From assembly GCA_048884785.1 (NCBI GenBank), contig JBHLQM010000018.1:25429-52383 (forward strand): 26,955 nt of DNA, in the 5' to 3' direction. Positions within the stretch are counted from its first letter, which is position 1. Every line of letters starts with the position of its first letter. Below are positions 1-8,950 of this stretch, one piece after another. The DNA comes from Candidatus Thorarchaeota archaeon. Lineage in GTDB: Archaea > Asgardarchaeota > Thorarchaeia > Thorarchaeales > Thorarchaeaceae. Made by a program: the position numbers and the translations under genes. Under the pieces are notes generated by a model. That model was not told the DNA's origin, made no database searches, and saw only the letters and a list, made by a program, of their open reading frames with translations.

Positions 1-92
1 ATAACATTGGAACCCCCATATTTCTTCCTAAGCGCACCAATGAGTTCAGTACCGATTTGTCCGTAACTGCCTGTTACTAGTATTCGCTTCAT
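1..92 (-). CDS. 5' end (partial) of an NAD-dependent epimerase/dehydratase (extended SDR), L-threonine 3-dehydrogenase-like
   Basis: Not in the ORF track. The ATG at 92 reads MKRILVTGSYGQIGTELIGALRKKYGGSNV, with a TGxxGQIG Rossmann motif. GQIGTEL...L...YG..NV is typical of SDR-type threonine dehydrogenases. Runs off the window. Confidence 0.8.
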   Translation of the reverse strand, partial: MKRILVTGSYGQIGTELIGALRKKYGGSNV

Positions 93-517
93 ATGGACCA
101 CTTGGTCAGTCCGCGGAAATATCCCAGTTAAAAGCATTGGCCTTTCTAACAAAAAACTCCTCTATTTCGTTTCTAGAATGGCTGGGACACATTTAGAGTT
201 GACAAGATAGTTGCATTCTCTCTATCTTTTGATGATATTTGATACCTCCTGTAACTATTCGCTGAAATATTGTCATCGAATGTTTCAAAATATCAATTAT
301 TCAATGTTAAAATATGAAATTTTTTTATTATTTAATATAGCTATTTAATTTAATATCTCCATGAGTTATTTACATTCTGTACCTTACAAAAGGACTAGAA
401 AAAAGCAATGATATTGAAGCTCTGTAACTCCGAGCGCTTCTTTTCAGTGAAGTATCGTAGATTTTGAAATCATCTCTGCTTCGAAACCAACCATGGAGTT
501 CGGTAAGGTGAAACACA

Positions 518-1075
518 ATGAGCGATACACACAGAGAGAGAGTTCAGCGATCCGACATCCCCATACATGACTCTGATATTGATGACTTTTTCAAATATCA
601 GATTTCAAGCTCAGTCGGTGGCGAAGGGCTTCTACATTGCTTGAAATGTGGGGCATGTAGCGGTGGATGTCCTGTGAGTGCAGTTACTGACTATAGGCCT
701 AGGAAGGTACTTGGAAATGTCCTCCTCGGATTGAAAGACCAAGTGCTATCAAGTAAGGACATTTGGATGTGCGCGGCTTGCTTCACATGTGAAGAACGCT
801 GCGTACAAGAAGTGAACTTCACAGATGTAATTACAGTTCTCAGAAACCAGGCAGTCAAGGAGGGTCATGTTGCTCCGGGTTATTATGAGATGGCACGTAA
901 TGTGGCTGAACTTGGGAGAGTTGCGGCGAAGACACGAGCAGTCGACAAGCTTCGAGAGAGTATGGGGCTTCCTCAATTGCAGGAGCCAGCCATTGATGCG
1001 GTGAAGAAGATTGTAGAGGCATCTGGATTCCGAAGAATCCTGTTGCTGTATGAGAGTAGAGGTGATGAGAAATGA
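518..1075 (+). CDS. hdrC: Heterodisulfide reductase subunit C (2x[4Fe-4S])
   Basis: Motifs CLKCGACSGGCP and IWMCAACFTCEERC; AAGGTGA SD; ATGA overlap with hdrB. Confidence 0.9.
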   Translation: MSDTHRERVQRSDIPIHDSDIDDFFKYQISSSVGGEGLLHCLKCGACSGGCPVSAVTDYRPRKVLGNVLLGLKDQVLSSKDIWMCAACFTCEERCVQEVNFTDVITVLRNQAVKEGHVAPGYYEMARNVAELGRVAAKTRAVDKLRESMGLPQLQEPAIDAVKKIVEASGFRRILLLYESRGDEK

Positions 1076-1965
1076 AATACGCAATCGCATGGGGGTGCTT
1101 GGTTCCTACAAGAAGGTCTCTTTTAGGCTACGAAGCAGCGACTCGAAGAATTCTCTCAACTTTGGAAGTAGATACTGTTGATATTCCGAATGAGACATGC
1201 TGTGCGCCATTCTGGATGCAGTCTCTTGACCTAACAACAAGCATTGCACTAGCTGCTCTCAATCTGGCCAAAGCAGAAGCTATGGGACTGAATCTCATTA
1301 CACCATGCAGTGGCTGCTTCCACTCATACAAAAGAGTGAATCACACACTCCGGAAATATCCAGCAATGAAGGCTCGTGTAGATGAACTGCTAAGGAAAGC
1401 AGGTTATAGATACAGAGGTGATGTTGAAGCACATCACTTGGTTGATTTTCTCTATAGCGATATTGGGATTGATGCAATTAGGGAGAAGACAGTGGTTAAT
1501 CTAGAGGGGATAGAGGTTGGGCTTCGCTATGGCTGTCATATGCTAAAGCCTCATGAACTTCTAAATATCGAATATTCGGAAAGACCTACATTTGCTGACG
1601 AAGTCCTTGAGGCCATTGGACTAACTAGCAAGCAATACACTGGGCGGCATAGATGCTGCGGAGGTTTGCTTAGGGGTGCTGATGATGATCTTGCTGACGA
1701 CGTATTGCGTGCTCGTCTTGAAGAGGCAGTGGCTGCAAATGTTGATGGATTAATCACTGTGTGCTCATTGTGTCATCTCCAGCATGATATGGGCCAAAGA
1801 ATTGTGGGCAAAAAATTCGGTGTTGAAGGACTGGACATTCCAGTGCTTCATTATCCGCAGATTCTCGCTCTTGCATTTGGATATGCCCCTTCAGAAATAG
1901 GTCTAGACCACCACACCATCAAGACTTCGAGCTTCATGGAGAAAGTACGAGGAGGTGCAGTTTGA
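1072..1965 (+). CDS. hdrB: Heterodisulfide reductase subunit B (two CCG domains)
   Basis: WGC...TCCAP...PCSGC and YGCH...RCCGG...VCSLC, C-terminal IPVLHYPQILALAFG; lies between hdrC and hdrA. Confidence 0.9.
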   Translation: MKYAIAWGCLVPTRRSLLGYEAATRRILSTLEVDTVDIPNETCCAPFWMQSLDLTTSIALAALNLAKAEAMGLNLITPCSGCFHSYKRVNHTLRKYPAMKARVDELLRKAGYRYRGDVEAHHLVDFLYSDIGIDAIREKTVVNLEGIEVGLRYGCHMLKPHELLNIEYSERPTFADEVLEAIGLTSKQYTGRHRCCGGLLRGADDDLADDVLRARLEEAVAANVDGLITVCSLCHLQHDMGQRIVGKKFGVEGLDIPVLHYPQILALAFGYAPSEIGLDHHTIKTSSFMEKVRGGAV

Positions 1966-4900
1966 TGGAAAGCGAAGAAGTGCGTGTTGGTGTTTTTGTG
2001 TGTCATTGTGGGCTGAATATTGAAGGTACGGTTGATTGTGCAGCCGTAGCAGGATACGCAACGAATCTTCCAGATGTTGCCCATTCTGTGGACCTAATGT
2101 TTGCCTGCTCAGATGATGGTCAGTCCAACATAAAGAAGGCGATCTCCGAGCATGATTTGAATAGGATCGTTGTTGCATCCTGTACTCCTCGAACACACGA
2201 GCCGGTCTTCCGTGAGTGTATTGAATCAGCTGGGCTCAATCCATATCTCTACGATCAAGTAAATCTCAGAGAGCATGTTTCTTGGTGCCATATGGGTCAG
2301 CGAGAAAAGGCGACAGAGAAAGCAAAGCGACTCATCAAAATGTCGATTGAGCGAGTACGAAATTTGGAACCTCTTGATAGACATACTGTACCAGTGGTGC
2401 GAAGGACTGCTGTTATTGGAGGCGGTGTTGCTGGTATTTCAGCCGCTCTTGATTTGGCGAAGGCTGGATTCCAAACATACCTCATTGAAAAACGTCCCAC
2501 CATCGGTGGACAAATGGCGTTGCTTGACAAAGTCTTTCCTCAAAATGATTGCAGCATTTGTATCCTTGGTCCCATCATGTCCGAAGTTGGTCGACATCCG
2601 AGAATAGAACTAATGACGTATAGTGAGGTTGATAGGATTGAAGGATATGTTGGTAACTTCCGAGTGAAGGTCCGGAAGAAAGCCAGGTTTGTCGATACCC
2701 AACTCTGTAATGCATGCCGTGATTGTGAAGAGGTGTGCCCCTCTGTCGTAAAGAATGAATATGAATTTGGTTTAGGCAGCCGGAAAGCGGTTTATATTCC
2801 ATTTCCACAGGCTACACCCAATGCACATACTATAACAAAGCGAGGAACTGCTGCATGCAGGATTGGGTGCCCAGCGCATGTTAATGCACAGGCTTTCATT
2901 GCTCTGATGAATCGAGGTGAACATGCTCTAGCATTGGATATGGTGAGGAAGTCCATCCCCTTCCCTGCAACGCTGGGAAGGGTATGTCCGGGAGTCTGCC
3001 AGAGCGAGTGTGCAAGGGGCTCCGTGGATGAGAGTATTGATGTACGAAATCTCCACAGGTGGCTTGCTGATTATGAATCTGAAAATGGCACCTATGAGCC
3101 CGTTGAGGTCAATCTCGATAAGGATGAACGGGTTGCTGTTATTGGTGCTGGACCTGCCGGAATAGCATGTGCAGAGAAGCTCGCAATGTATGGATATCCT
3201 GTAACAATCTATGAGGCTAGGGATAAGCCAGGGGGACTCCTGAGATGGGGAATTCCTGAACATCGGCTCCCTAGGGATATCTTGGATTCCGAGATTAAGA
3301 TGGTCAAAGATAAGGGGGTTGAGATTAAACTAGGCAGTAAGATAGATAGCTGCTCAAGTCTATTTGAAGAAGGTTACAAAGCTGTCTTTCTAGGGACTGG
3401 AGCTCCAATGAGCAGGAGATTAGATATTCCCGGCGAGGAAGCTGAGGGGGTTGTTCATGCTCTAGAGTTCCTTGATAGAGTGAATACTGGCAAGACCGTA
3501 GAGCTTGGAAATAATGTAGCCATCATTGGAGGAGGCAATGCCGCGGTTGATGCAGCTAGGGTTGCTAGGAGATTGGGTGCGCGGACTGTTCAGATTATCT
3601 ACCGTAGGTCACGGGAAGAAATGCCTGCCATTGCTCAGGAAATCGATGATGCTGAAGAAGAGGGCATTAAGCTCACTCTCTTGGCTGCCCCTCTGGAAGT
3701 TAAAGCTGCTGATGGCAGGGCTCAGCGACTTCGATGCATCAAGATGCGTCTCGGGGAACCAGATGAATCAGGAAGACGCAGGCCCATTCCAATTCCAGAT
3801 TCGGAATTTACCATGAAAATCGACAACGTGATTGTAGCAGTGGGGCAGGGTGTAGATGCATTGGGTCCTCATGCTGAACTCAGTCTTACCAAATGGGGAA
3901 CTCCAGAGATTAACCAAGTCACTCTTGAAACTAGCCTGAAAGGTGTTTTTGCCGGCGGTGATATAGTAACTAGTGGTGGCTTGGTGATTGATGCGGTTGC
4001 TGCCGGTCAAATAGCAGCAGAATCCATCCATCGATATCTTAGAGGAATGACTCTGACTGAAGGTCGTGAGCATACCTATCAGCCAATCCCTCTAGATGAA
4101 CTTGGCTTGGACGAGGTGAAGAGGCAACCACGATATGATGTTCCCAAGATGAATGGACGATCCCGGATCAAGTCATTTGATGAGGTTGAGAAGGGGTATG
4201 ATGCAAAACACGCCTTCCTTGAGGCCAATCGATGTCTATCTTGCGGTGTATGCAGCGAGTGCATGCGGTGTGTAGATGCGTGTCCAAAAGATGCAATTGA
4301 CCATCTAATGGAAGATAGAATCGAAGAGATTGAGGTTGGAACCATTGTTGTCGCTACAGGATTCGATATCTATGATCCATCTCAGACGAGGGAGTTTGGC
4401 TACGGTGTCTTTGAAAATGTCATCACCAATGTGCAATTGGAGCGTCTTACAAACGCAGCCGGGATAACTCATGGAAAAGTGAAACGACCATCTGATCAAG
4501 AGGTACCTAAGAGTGTTGCATTTGTCCAGTGTGTTGGATCAAGAGACCGACGGATGAATCAAGACTATTGCTGCTACTATGGATGTGAGAACTCACTTAA
4601 GCAAGCCACCCAGATAAAAGAGAAGTATCCGGAAACTGAGGTTGCACTCTTTGCGATGGATATCAGGACTCATGGACTTGGTTATGAGTCCCTCTATAGA
4701 AGAGCCCGTGAAATGGGTGCTATTATCATAAAAGGACGCCCATCAGAGATTGAAGAGAATCCTGAGACAAAGTCGTTGACGGTTCTTGCAGAAGACCTCT
4801 ATACAGGCGAACTCCTGCAAAAGACATACGACCTCGTTGTCCTCACGACGGCAATAATTCCGAACAAAGATACCCCAAAGCTCTCTAGAATTCTAAATGT

Positions 4901-5336
4901 TTCAACTGGTGAGTATGGTTTCCTGACTGAGGCTCATCCCAAGCTTCGGCCTGTTGACTCATTCAGAGATGGTATCTTTCTGGCAGGAGCTGTGTTGGGT
5001 CCAATGGATATCCCGAAGGCTGTTGCCTATGGTAAAGCAGCAGCAGCCGGAGCACAGTCTTTGATGTCTCCTGGTCAGTTCTCAGTTGAACCAATATATG
5101 CTGAGATTGATACTGAACAGTGCATCGACTGCGATCTGTGCTCGGAGATATGTCCATTCTCAGCAATAACTGGCGAGAAGGAAGAGCGGAAGGTCATGTA
5201 CGAGCTCTGTCAAGGATGTGGCACATGTGCAGCAGCTTGTCCGCAGAATGCCATTGATGTTCAGCATTATAGAACCCAACAGGTGATGCCGCAAGTGAGA
5301 GCTGCTGCTCGTCCCGAAGGAGGTGCTGTGAAATGA
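1962..5336 (+). CDS. hdrA: Large HdrA (HdrL-type): HdrA with a GltD/NfnB-like FAD/NAD(P)H oxidoreductase module inserted in its ferredoxin domain
   Basis: HdrA N-terminus (GVFVCHCG, SCTPRTHEPVF), GGGVAG FAD motif, DKVFPQNDCSIC. Insert carries CRIGCP, GRVCPGVCQSEC, GAGPAG, GGGNAAVDAAR, YRRS and FAGGD. Then QCVGSRD and a C-terminal 2x[4Fe-4S] domain. True start is probably ATG 1965 (TGATG overlap). Confidence 0.9.
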   Translation: MMESEEVRVGVFVCHCGLNIEGTVDCAAVAGYATNLPDVAHSVDLMFACSDDGQSNIKKAISEHDLNRIVVASCTPRTHEPVFRECIESAGLNPYLYDQVNLREHVSWCHMGQREKATEKAKRLIKMSIERVRNLEPLDRHTVPVVRRTAVIGGGVAGISAALDLAKAGFQTYLIEKRPTIGGQMALLDKVFPQNDCSICILGPIMSEVGRHPRIELMTYSEVDRIEGYVGNFRVKVRKKARFVDTQLCNACRDCEEVCPSVVKNEYEFGLGSRKAVYIPFPQATPNAHTITKRGTAACRIGCPAHVNAQAFIALMNRGEHALALDMVRKSIPFPATLGRVCPGVCQSECARGSVDESIDVRNLHRWLADYESENGTYEPVEVNLDKDERVAVIGAGPAGIACAEKLAMYGYPVTIYEARDKPGGLLRWGIPEHRLPRDILDSEIKMVKDKGVEIKLGSKIDSCSSLFEEGYKAVFLGTGAPMSRRLDIPGEEAEGVVHALEFLDRVNTGKTVELGNNVAIIGGGNAAVDAARVARRLGARTVQIIYRRSREEMPAIAQEIDDAEEEGIKLTLLAAPLEVKAADGRAQRLRCIKMRLGEPDESGRRRPIPIPDSEFTMKIDNVIVAVGQGVDALGPHAELSLTKWGTPEINQVTLETSLKGVFAGGDIVTSGGLVIDAVAAGQIAAESIHRYLRGMTLTEGREHTYQPIPLDELGLDEVKRQPRYDVPKMNGRSRIKSFDEVEKGYDAKHAFLEANRCLSCGVCSECMRCVDACPKDAIDHLMEDRIEEIEVGTIVVATGFDIYDPSQTREFGYGVFENVITNVQLERLTNAAGITHGKVKRPSDQEVPKSVAFVQCVGSRDRRMNQDYCCYYGCENSLKQATQIKEKYPETEVALFAMDIRTHGLGYESLYRRAREMGAIIIKGRPSEIEENPETKSLTVLAEDLYTGELLQKTYDLVVLTTAIIPNKDTPKLSRILNVSTGEYGFLTEAHPKLRPVDSFRDGIFLAGAVLGPMDIPKAVAYGKAAAAGAQSLMSPGQFSVEPIYAEIDTEQCIDCDLCSEICPFSAITGEKEERKVMYELCQGCGTCAAACPQNAIDVQHYRTQQVMPQVRAAARPEGGAVK

Positions 5337-5764
5337 ATGGCAGTGGTTTCGAGCCTAATATCGTTGCATTCACCTGCAACTGGTGCAGCTATGGCGGCGC
5401 AGACCTAGCAGGCATCTCTCGAATCCAGTATCCACCAAATGCAAAGGTTATCCGACTGATGTGTTCGGGTCGTGTGGATCCATTGATGGTTCTTGAGGCG
5501 TTCAAGAATGGCGCTGATGGAGTGATGATTAGTGGATGCCATATTGGCGATTGCCACTACTCAGATGGAAATTACCGTACTCAAGTGCGCTATTATGCAC
5601 TCAAGGTGGCAATGGAACACATAGGTCTTCATCCAGACAGATTAAAGCTACTCTGGGCGAGTGCATCAGAGGGGCAAAAGTGGGCGGATGGAATTAAAGA
5701 TATGACCGAGCAACTTAGGTCATTAGGACCGAGTCCGGTCTTGGAAGGAGGGATTGAAGCATGA
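5333..5764 (+). CDS. mvhD: MvhD/FlpD [2Fe-2S] subunit (methyl-viologen-reducing hydrogenase delta family)
   Basis: FTCNWCSYGGADLAG, MCSGRVDP, GCHIGDCHY and WASASEG motifs. Confidence 0.93.
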   Translation: MNGSGFEPNIVAFTCNWCSYGGADLAGISRIQYPPNAKVIRLMCSGRVDPLMVLEAFKNGADGVMISGCHIGDCHYSDGNYRTQVRYYALKVAMEHIGLHPDRLKLLWASASEGQKWADGIKDMTEQLRSLGPSPVLEGGIEA

Positions 5765-7104
5765 CTGAGGCTAGTAGTAAAGTCGATTTCAAAGGCCTAT
5801 CCGCAGCTGAAACAGCTGTTGTTATTGGAGGAGGTGTTGCCGGAATGCAAGCGGCACTTGACCTTGCCAATCAAGAGTACAATGTTGTTCTTGTTGAAAA
5901 GACACCTTCAATCGGTGGCATCATGGCAATGCTGGACAAGACTTTTCCAACACTTGATTGCTCCGCCTGCATTCTTACTCCAAGATTATCCGAAGTCTCT
6001 CGCCATCCCAATATTCGGTTACTAACATACTCGGATGTACTTGGGATATCTGGTTCCGCTGGAGACTTCCGTGTGAAGATAAGAAAGAAAGCACGAAAGG
6101 TTCTGGAAGAGAAGTGTTCTGGATGTGGTGATTGTATACCTCACTGTCCAATTGAAGTGCCAAACGAGTTTGATCAGAATCTCGCCGTTCGGAAGGCAAT
6201 CTACATTGGATTCCCACAGAACACGCCATTAGTGTATACAGTGGATGAGGAGAACTGCATCAAATGTGGCATGTGTGTGAAAAGCTGTGAACGCCAGGCA
6301 ATCAACCTCGATATGGAGAGCGAGGAGCTAGAGATTCCGGCGGGGGCGATTGTAGTAGCAACAGGCTACAAGCTCTTTGATGTCGGAGCTTATACTCGAT
6401 TCGGATATGGGCGATTCAAAAATGTAATCAATGCACTGGAGTATGAACGGCTCATAAACGCCGCAGGTCCTACTGGCGGCCGACTTGTTCGACTCAGTGA
6501 CGGTAGAATTCCAAGGTCTATCGCGTTCATACAGTGTGTTGGGGCACGAGATGTTCAGAAGGGAGTGCCAAACTGCTCCCGAATTTGCTGCATGTATGCT
6601 ATCAAGAATGCTGTAATGGCAAAAGAACTCCAACCTGAAATAGTCCAGAATGTGACTCTGTATTATCTTGACCTCCGGGCTTTTGGCAAGGGATTTGAAG
6701 AGTTCGCGAACATGTCAAAAACTCGATTCGGTGTCAACTTTGTCAGAGGACGGGTCGGTGAAGTAATGGAAGTAAATAAGTCACAGAATCTTAGACTCCT
6801 AGTTGAGAATACAGAAGTAGGTGCATTGACCGATGACGAGTATGAACTTGTTGTGTTGTGTCCGGGCATCAAGCCTCCTGATGCGAACAAGGAAATTAGT
6901 GACAATTTGGGTATAGAGATTGACTCGAATGGCTATATTTCCAGTTTGGACCCGATAGTGACTCCCGTTGATACATCTATTCCAGGAGTGTTTGTTTGTG
7001 GATGCGCAGAGGGTCCCAAAGATATCCCTGATAGTGTTGTGTCAGGCAGTGCAGCAGCAATGAGAGCTAGTATTATCCTTTCCAATGGAGGTGTCACCAA
7101 ATGA
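5761..7104 (+). CDS. hdrA: Short HdrA-like flavoprotein (FAD core plus inserted ferredoxin; lacks the N-terminal and C-terminal FeS domains)
   Basis: GGGVAG, DKTFPTLDCSAC, CSGCGDCxxxCP, CIKCGMCxxxC, QCVGARD...CSRICC, GPKDIPDSV. Confidence 0.88.
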   Translation: MTEASSKVDFKGLSAAETAVVIGGGVAGMQAALDLANQEYNVVLVEKTPSIGGIMAMLDKTFPTLDCSACILTPRLSEVSRHPNIRLLTYSDVLGISGSAGDFRVKIRKKARKVLEEKCSGCGDCIPHCPIEVPNEFDQNLAVRKAIYIGFPQNTPLVYTVDEENCIKCGMCVKSCERQAINLDMESEELEIPAGAIVVATGYKLFDVGAYTRFGYGRFKNVINALEYERLINAAGPTGGRLVRLSDGRIPRSIAFIQCVGARDVQKGVPNCSRICCMYAIKNAVMAKELQPEIVQNVTLYYLDLRAFGKGFEEFANMSKTRFGVNFVRGRVGEVMEVNKSQNLRLLVENTEVGALTDDEYELVVLCPGIKPPDANKEISDNLGIEIDSNGYISSLDPIVTPVDTSIPGVFVCGCAEGPKDIPDSVVSGSAAAMRASIILSNGGVTK

Positions 7105-7451
7105 AAGAAACTGCATCAGTAGAAACAATACAGGCAATGTATGATGCGTTTGCGGCTGAGCGACTCAGATGGCTAATAGGCAAGGGGGATGTACTTGTTC
7201 AAAGAAGCGATCTGGAGCAAGAACGATTTCTATCGCTTATCAATAAGACAGTCGAGGAGGAATATATCCGAAGCTCAATACTAAGAAATCTTAGAGACGG
7301 CCCTAAAACGGTAGTAGAACTCTCAGAAAAAACACCACTAGACACATCAATAATCCATTGGAATTTGCTTGCGCTGGCAAAGTGGAACAAAGTAGAAGTC
7401 ATTGAGAGAATAGAAAACCAATACACCTATGGACTGAAAGAGATTCATTGA
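7101..7451 (+). CDS. Small protein with a C-terminal winged-HTH-like region; resembles the C-terminal extension of long MvhD proteins
   Basis: ATGA-coupled to the short hdrA, with a GGAGGTG SD. ERLRWLIGK is followed by IL..L.DGPKTVVELSEKT.L....I.WNL..L, a wHTH pattern. The family link is recalled, not searched. Confidence 0.6.
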   Translation: MKETASVETIQAMYDAFAAERLRWLIGKGDVLVQRSDLEQERFLSLINKTVEEEYIRSSILRNLRDGPKTVVELSEKTPLDTSIIHWNLLALAKWNKVEVIERIENQYTYGLKEIH

Positions 7452-7509
7452 TCTGTGTTCAACAAGTAGAATGATATCAATAGTATGGATAGATAGAGCA
7501 TGAAGGGGA

Positions 7510-8709
7510 ATGCTGAGTCGTACTGAGATTAGATGCTTGGGTCTTGTATCTGTTCTTGTATGCACACTTCTCATAGGTCCGGCACATTCTGGTCACGACA
7601 ATGCCATTTGCATTCCTTGCACTGCACAACCCTTGTTGTCCTCCACTTATTGGAATAGCAGATTCAATGTTACATATACATCGTATGAAAATGCGACCGC
7701 TTCTCCTCTAAGGAACGACACTAGTGCGGTCGGCAATGAATTTGTGATAAATACAGCCGTTCATGATATCTTGGGTGTCCCAGAGCTCGATGTGACTTTT
7801 ATCACAACAAGGCTGGAATGTGTTCCAGAGGAAATTATTTTTGAGCAAACAAAACCGGGGAGCAGCTCGACTTTTGCCGTCCCATGGAGATCTCACAACA
7901 TTACTGGAAACCTGTTTCTAGATGTGATTACGGCAAACGCAACAGAGTATCGTATGGGTTTCTTCAATCTAATGTTCAACAATTCTTTTGCTCCGATCAT
8001 CACGAGTATACAGACCAATCCCAATTATTATCCCTTGGATGCTGGAACAAATCTTAACATAACATGGACCGTTTTCGATTTGAATATCGGAGATTCACAT
8101 GAAAGTGAGATTTACTATTCTGCTGATGAAGGATACACATTTCAGCTACTGGCTAGAAATATTTCAGATGATTACTATGGATGGGAGGCCTATTTCGAAA
8201 CGTGGGTCTATACCTTCATGGTAAGAGTTTATGATACCAAGGGATTGATGAATCAAAGAATTCACTATGGAGGCGGCCATCATACAATACCCCCCGCACC
8301 TGAACCAAGAATTACTCTCAGTAATCCTCCCGATGTTGAGATGATGTTTGGTAGCACAGGGAATGAAATCAGATGGACTCCGAGTAGTCCCTATGATGGT
8401 CAATATACTATCAAGGTGAATGGAATTCAAATCACCAATGGAGTGTGGTATTCTGATGATGGACCAATTATCTATAGTGTGGATGGATTTCTTCCAGGTG
8501 ATTATGAAGTCATATTAAACATAATGTACACCTCTGTCTACAATTCAACAGATACTGTTAGAGTAGTTGTGCACTGGGGCACGACTGGAATGGTTGTACT
8601 GGGCTACGCCATTGGCATATCATTTGGATTCGGTGTTGTGAGCATCCTCTACATTCACAGAAAAAGAAGAAGAAGAAGAAGTCCTCAGCCATCAATGAGC
8701 AATTATTAG
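7510..8709 (+). CDS. Secreted/cell-surface protein with Ig/FN3-like beta domains and a C-terminal membrane anchor
   Basis: N-terminal signal peptide, many N-x-S/T sequons, beta-rich sequence, C-terminal TM followed by RKRRRRR; paralog of 10975..12492. Confidence 0.75.
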   Translation: MLSRTEIRCLGLVSVLVCTLLIGPAHSGHDNAICIPCTAQPLLSSTYWNSRFNVTYTSYENATASPLRNDTSAVGNEFVINTAVHDILGVPELDVTFITTRLECVPEEIIFEQTKPGSSSTFAVPWRSHNITGNLFLDVITANATEYRMGFFNLMFNNSFAPIITSIQTNPNYYPLDAGTNLNITWTVFDLNIGDSHESEIYYSADEGYTFQLLARNISDDYYGWEAYFETWVYTFMVRVYDTKGLMNQRIHYGGGHHTIPPAPEPRITLSNPPDVEMMFGSTGNEIRWTPSSPYDGQYTIKVNGIQITNGVWYSDDGPIIYSVDGFLPGDYEVILNIMYTSVYNSTDTVRVVVHWGTTGMVVLGYAIGISFGFGVVSILYIHRKRRRRRSPQPSMSNY

Positions 8710-8786
8710 GAAAGAATGGAGCTGTTCCAGAGTTAGAATGATATTGAAATCTCTCGATTCTTGGGGCAACCGATTCTCTCTGTCTT

Positions 8787-8889
8787 GAGGTTGCGGTGAA
8801 TACAGAAACAGATCAAAGAGTTCATTGCATCTTGATTCGCTCTTTAAACCCCCATGAAGAGTTCACCGCAGCCTCTATCATCGTTTTTT
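8787..8889 (+). ncRNA. Candidate structured RNA or 3'-UTR element (15-bp stem, inner stem, U-tract)
   Basis: GAGGTTGCGGTGAAT (8787-8801) pairs with GTTCACCGCAGCCTC (8861-8875) using two G-U pairs on +. Inner AAAGAG/CTCTTT; T6 at 8884-8889. Confidence 0.4.
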
Positions 8890-8950
8890 CCTCAGATTTG
8901 GAGGAGCTACTAAAAAACCATCTCTAATCTGATATCATCATCTTAAGGAA

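Noticed and set aside
283-357. Replication origin unwinding element
   Set aside because: No ORB-like repeats or cdc6/orc1 gene in the window.
1962-7104. Selenocysteine-containing HdrA/MvhD with SECIS elements
   Set aside because: The positions that are Sec in some archaeal homologs (DCSIC/DCSAC, CNWC, DCHY) are Cys codons here, and the frames have no internal TGA.
8665-8680. (AGA)n microsatellite as a phase-variation site
   Set aside because: It simply encodes the poly-Arg stop-transfer tail after the TM helix.
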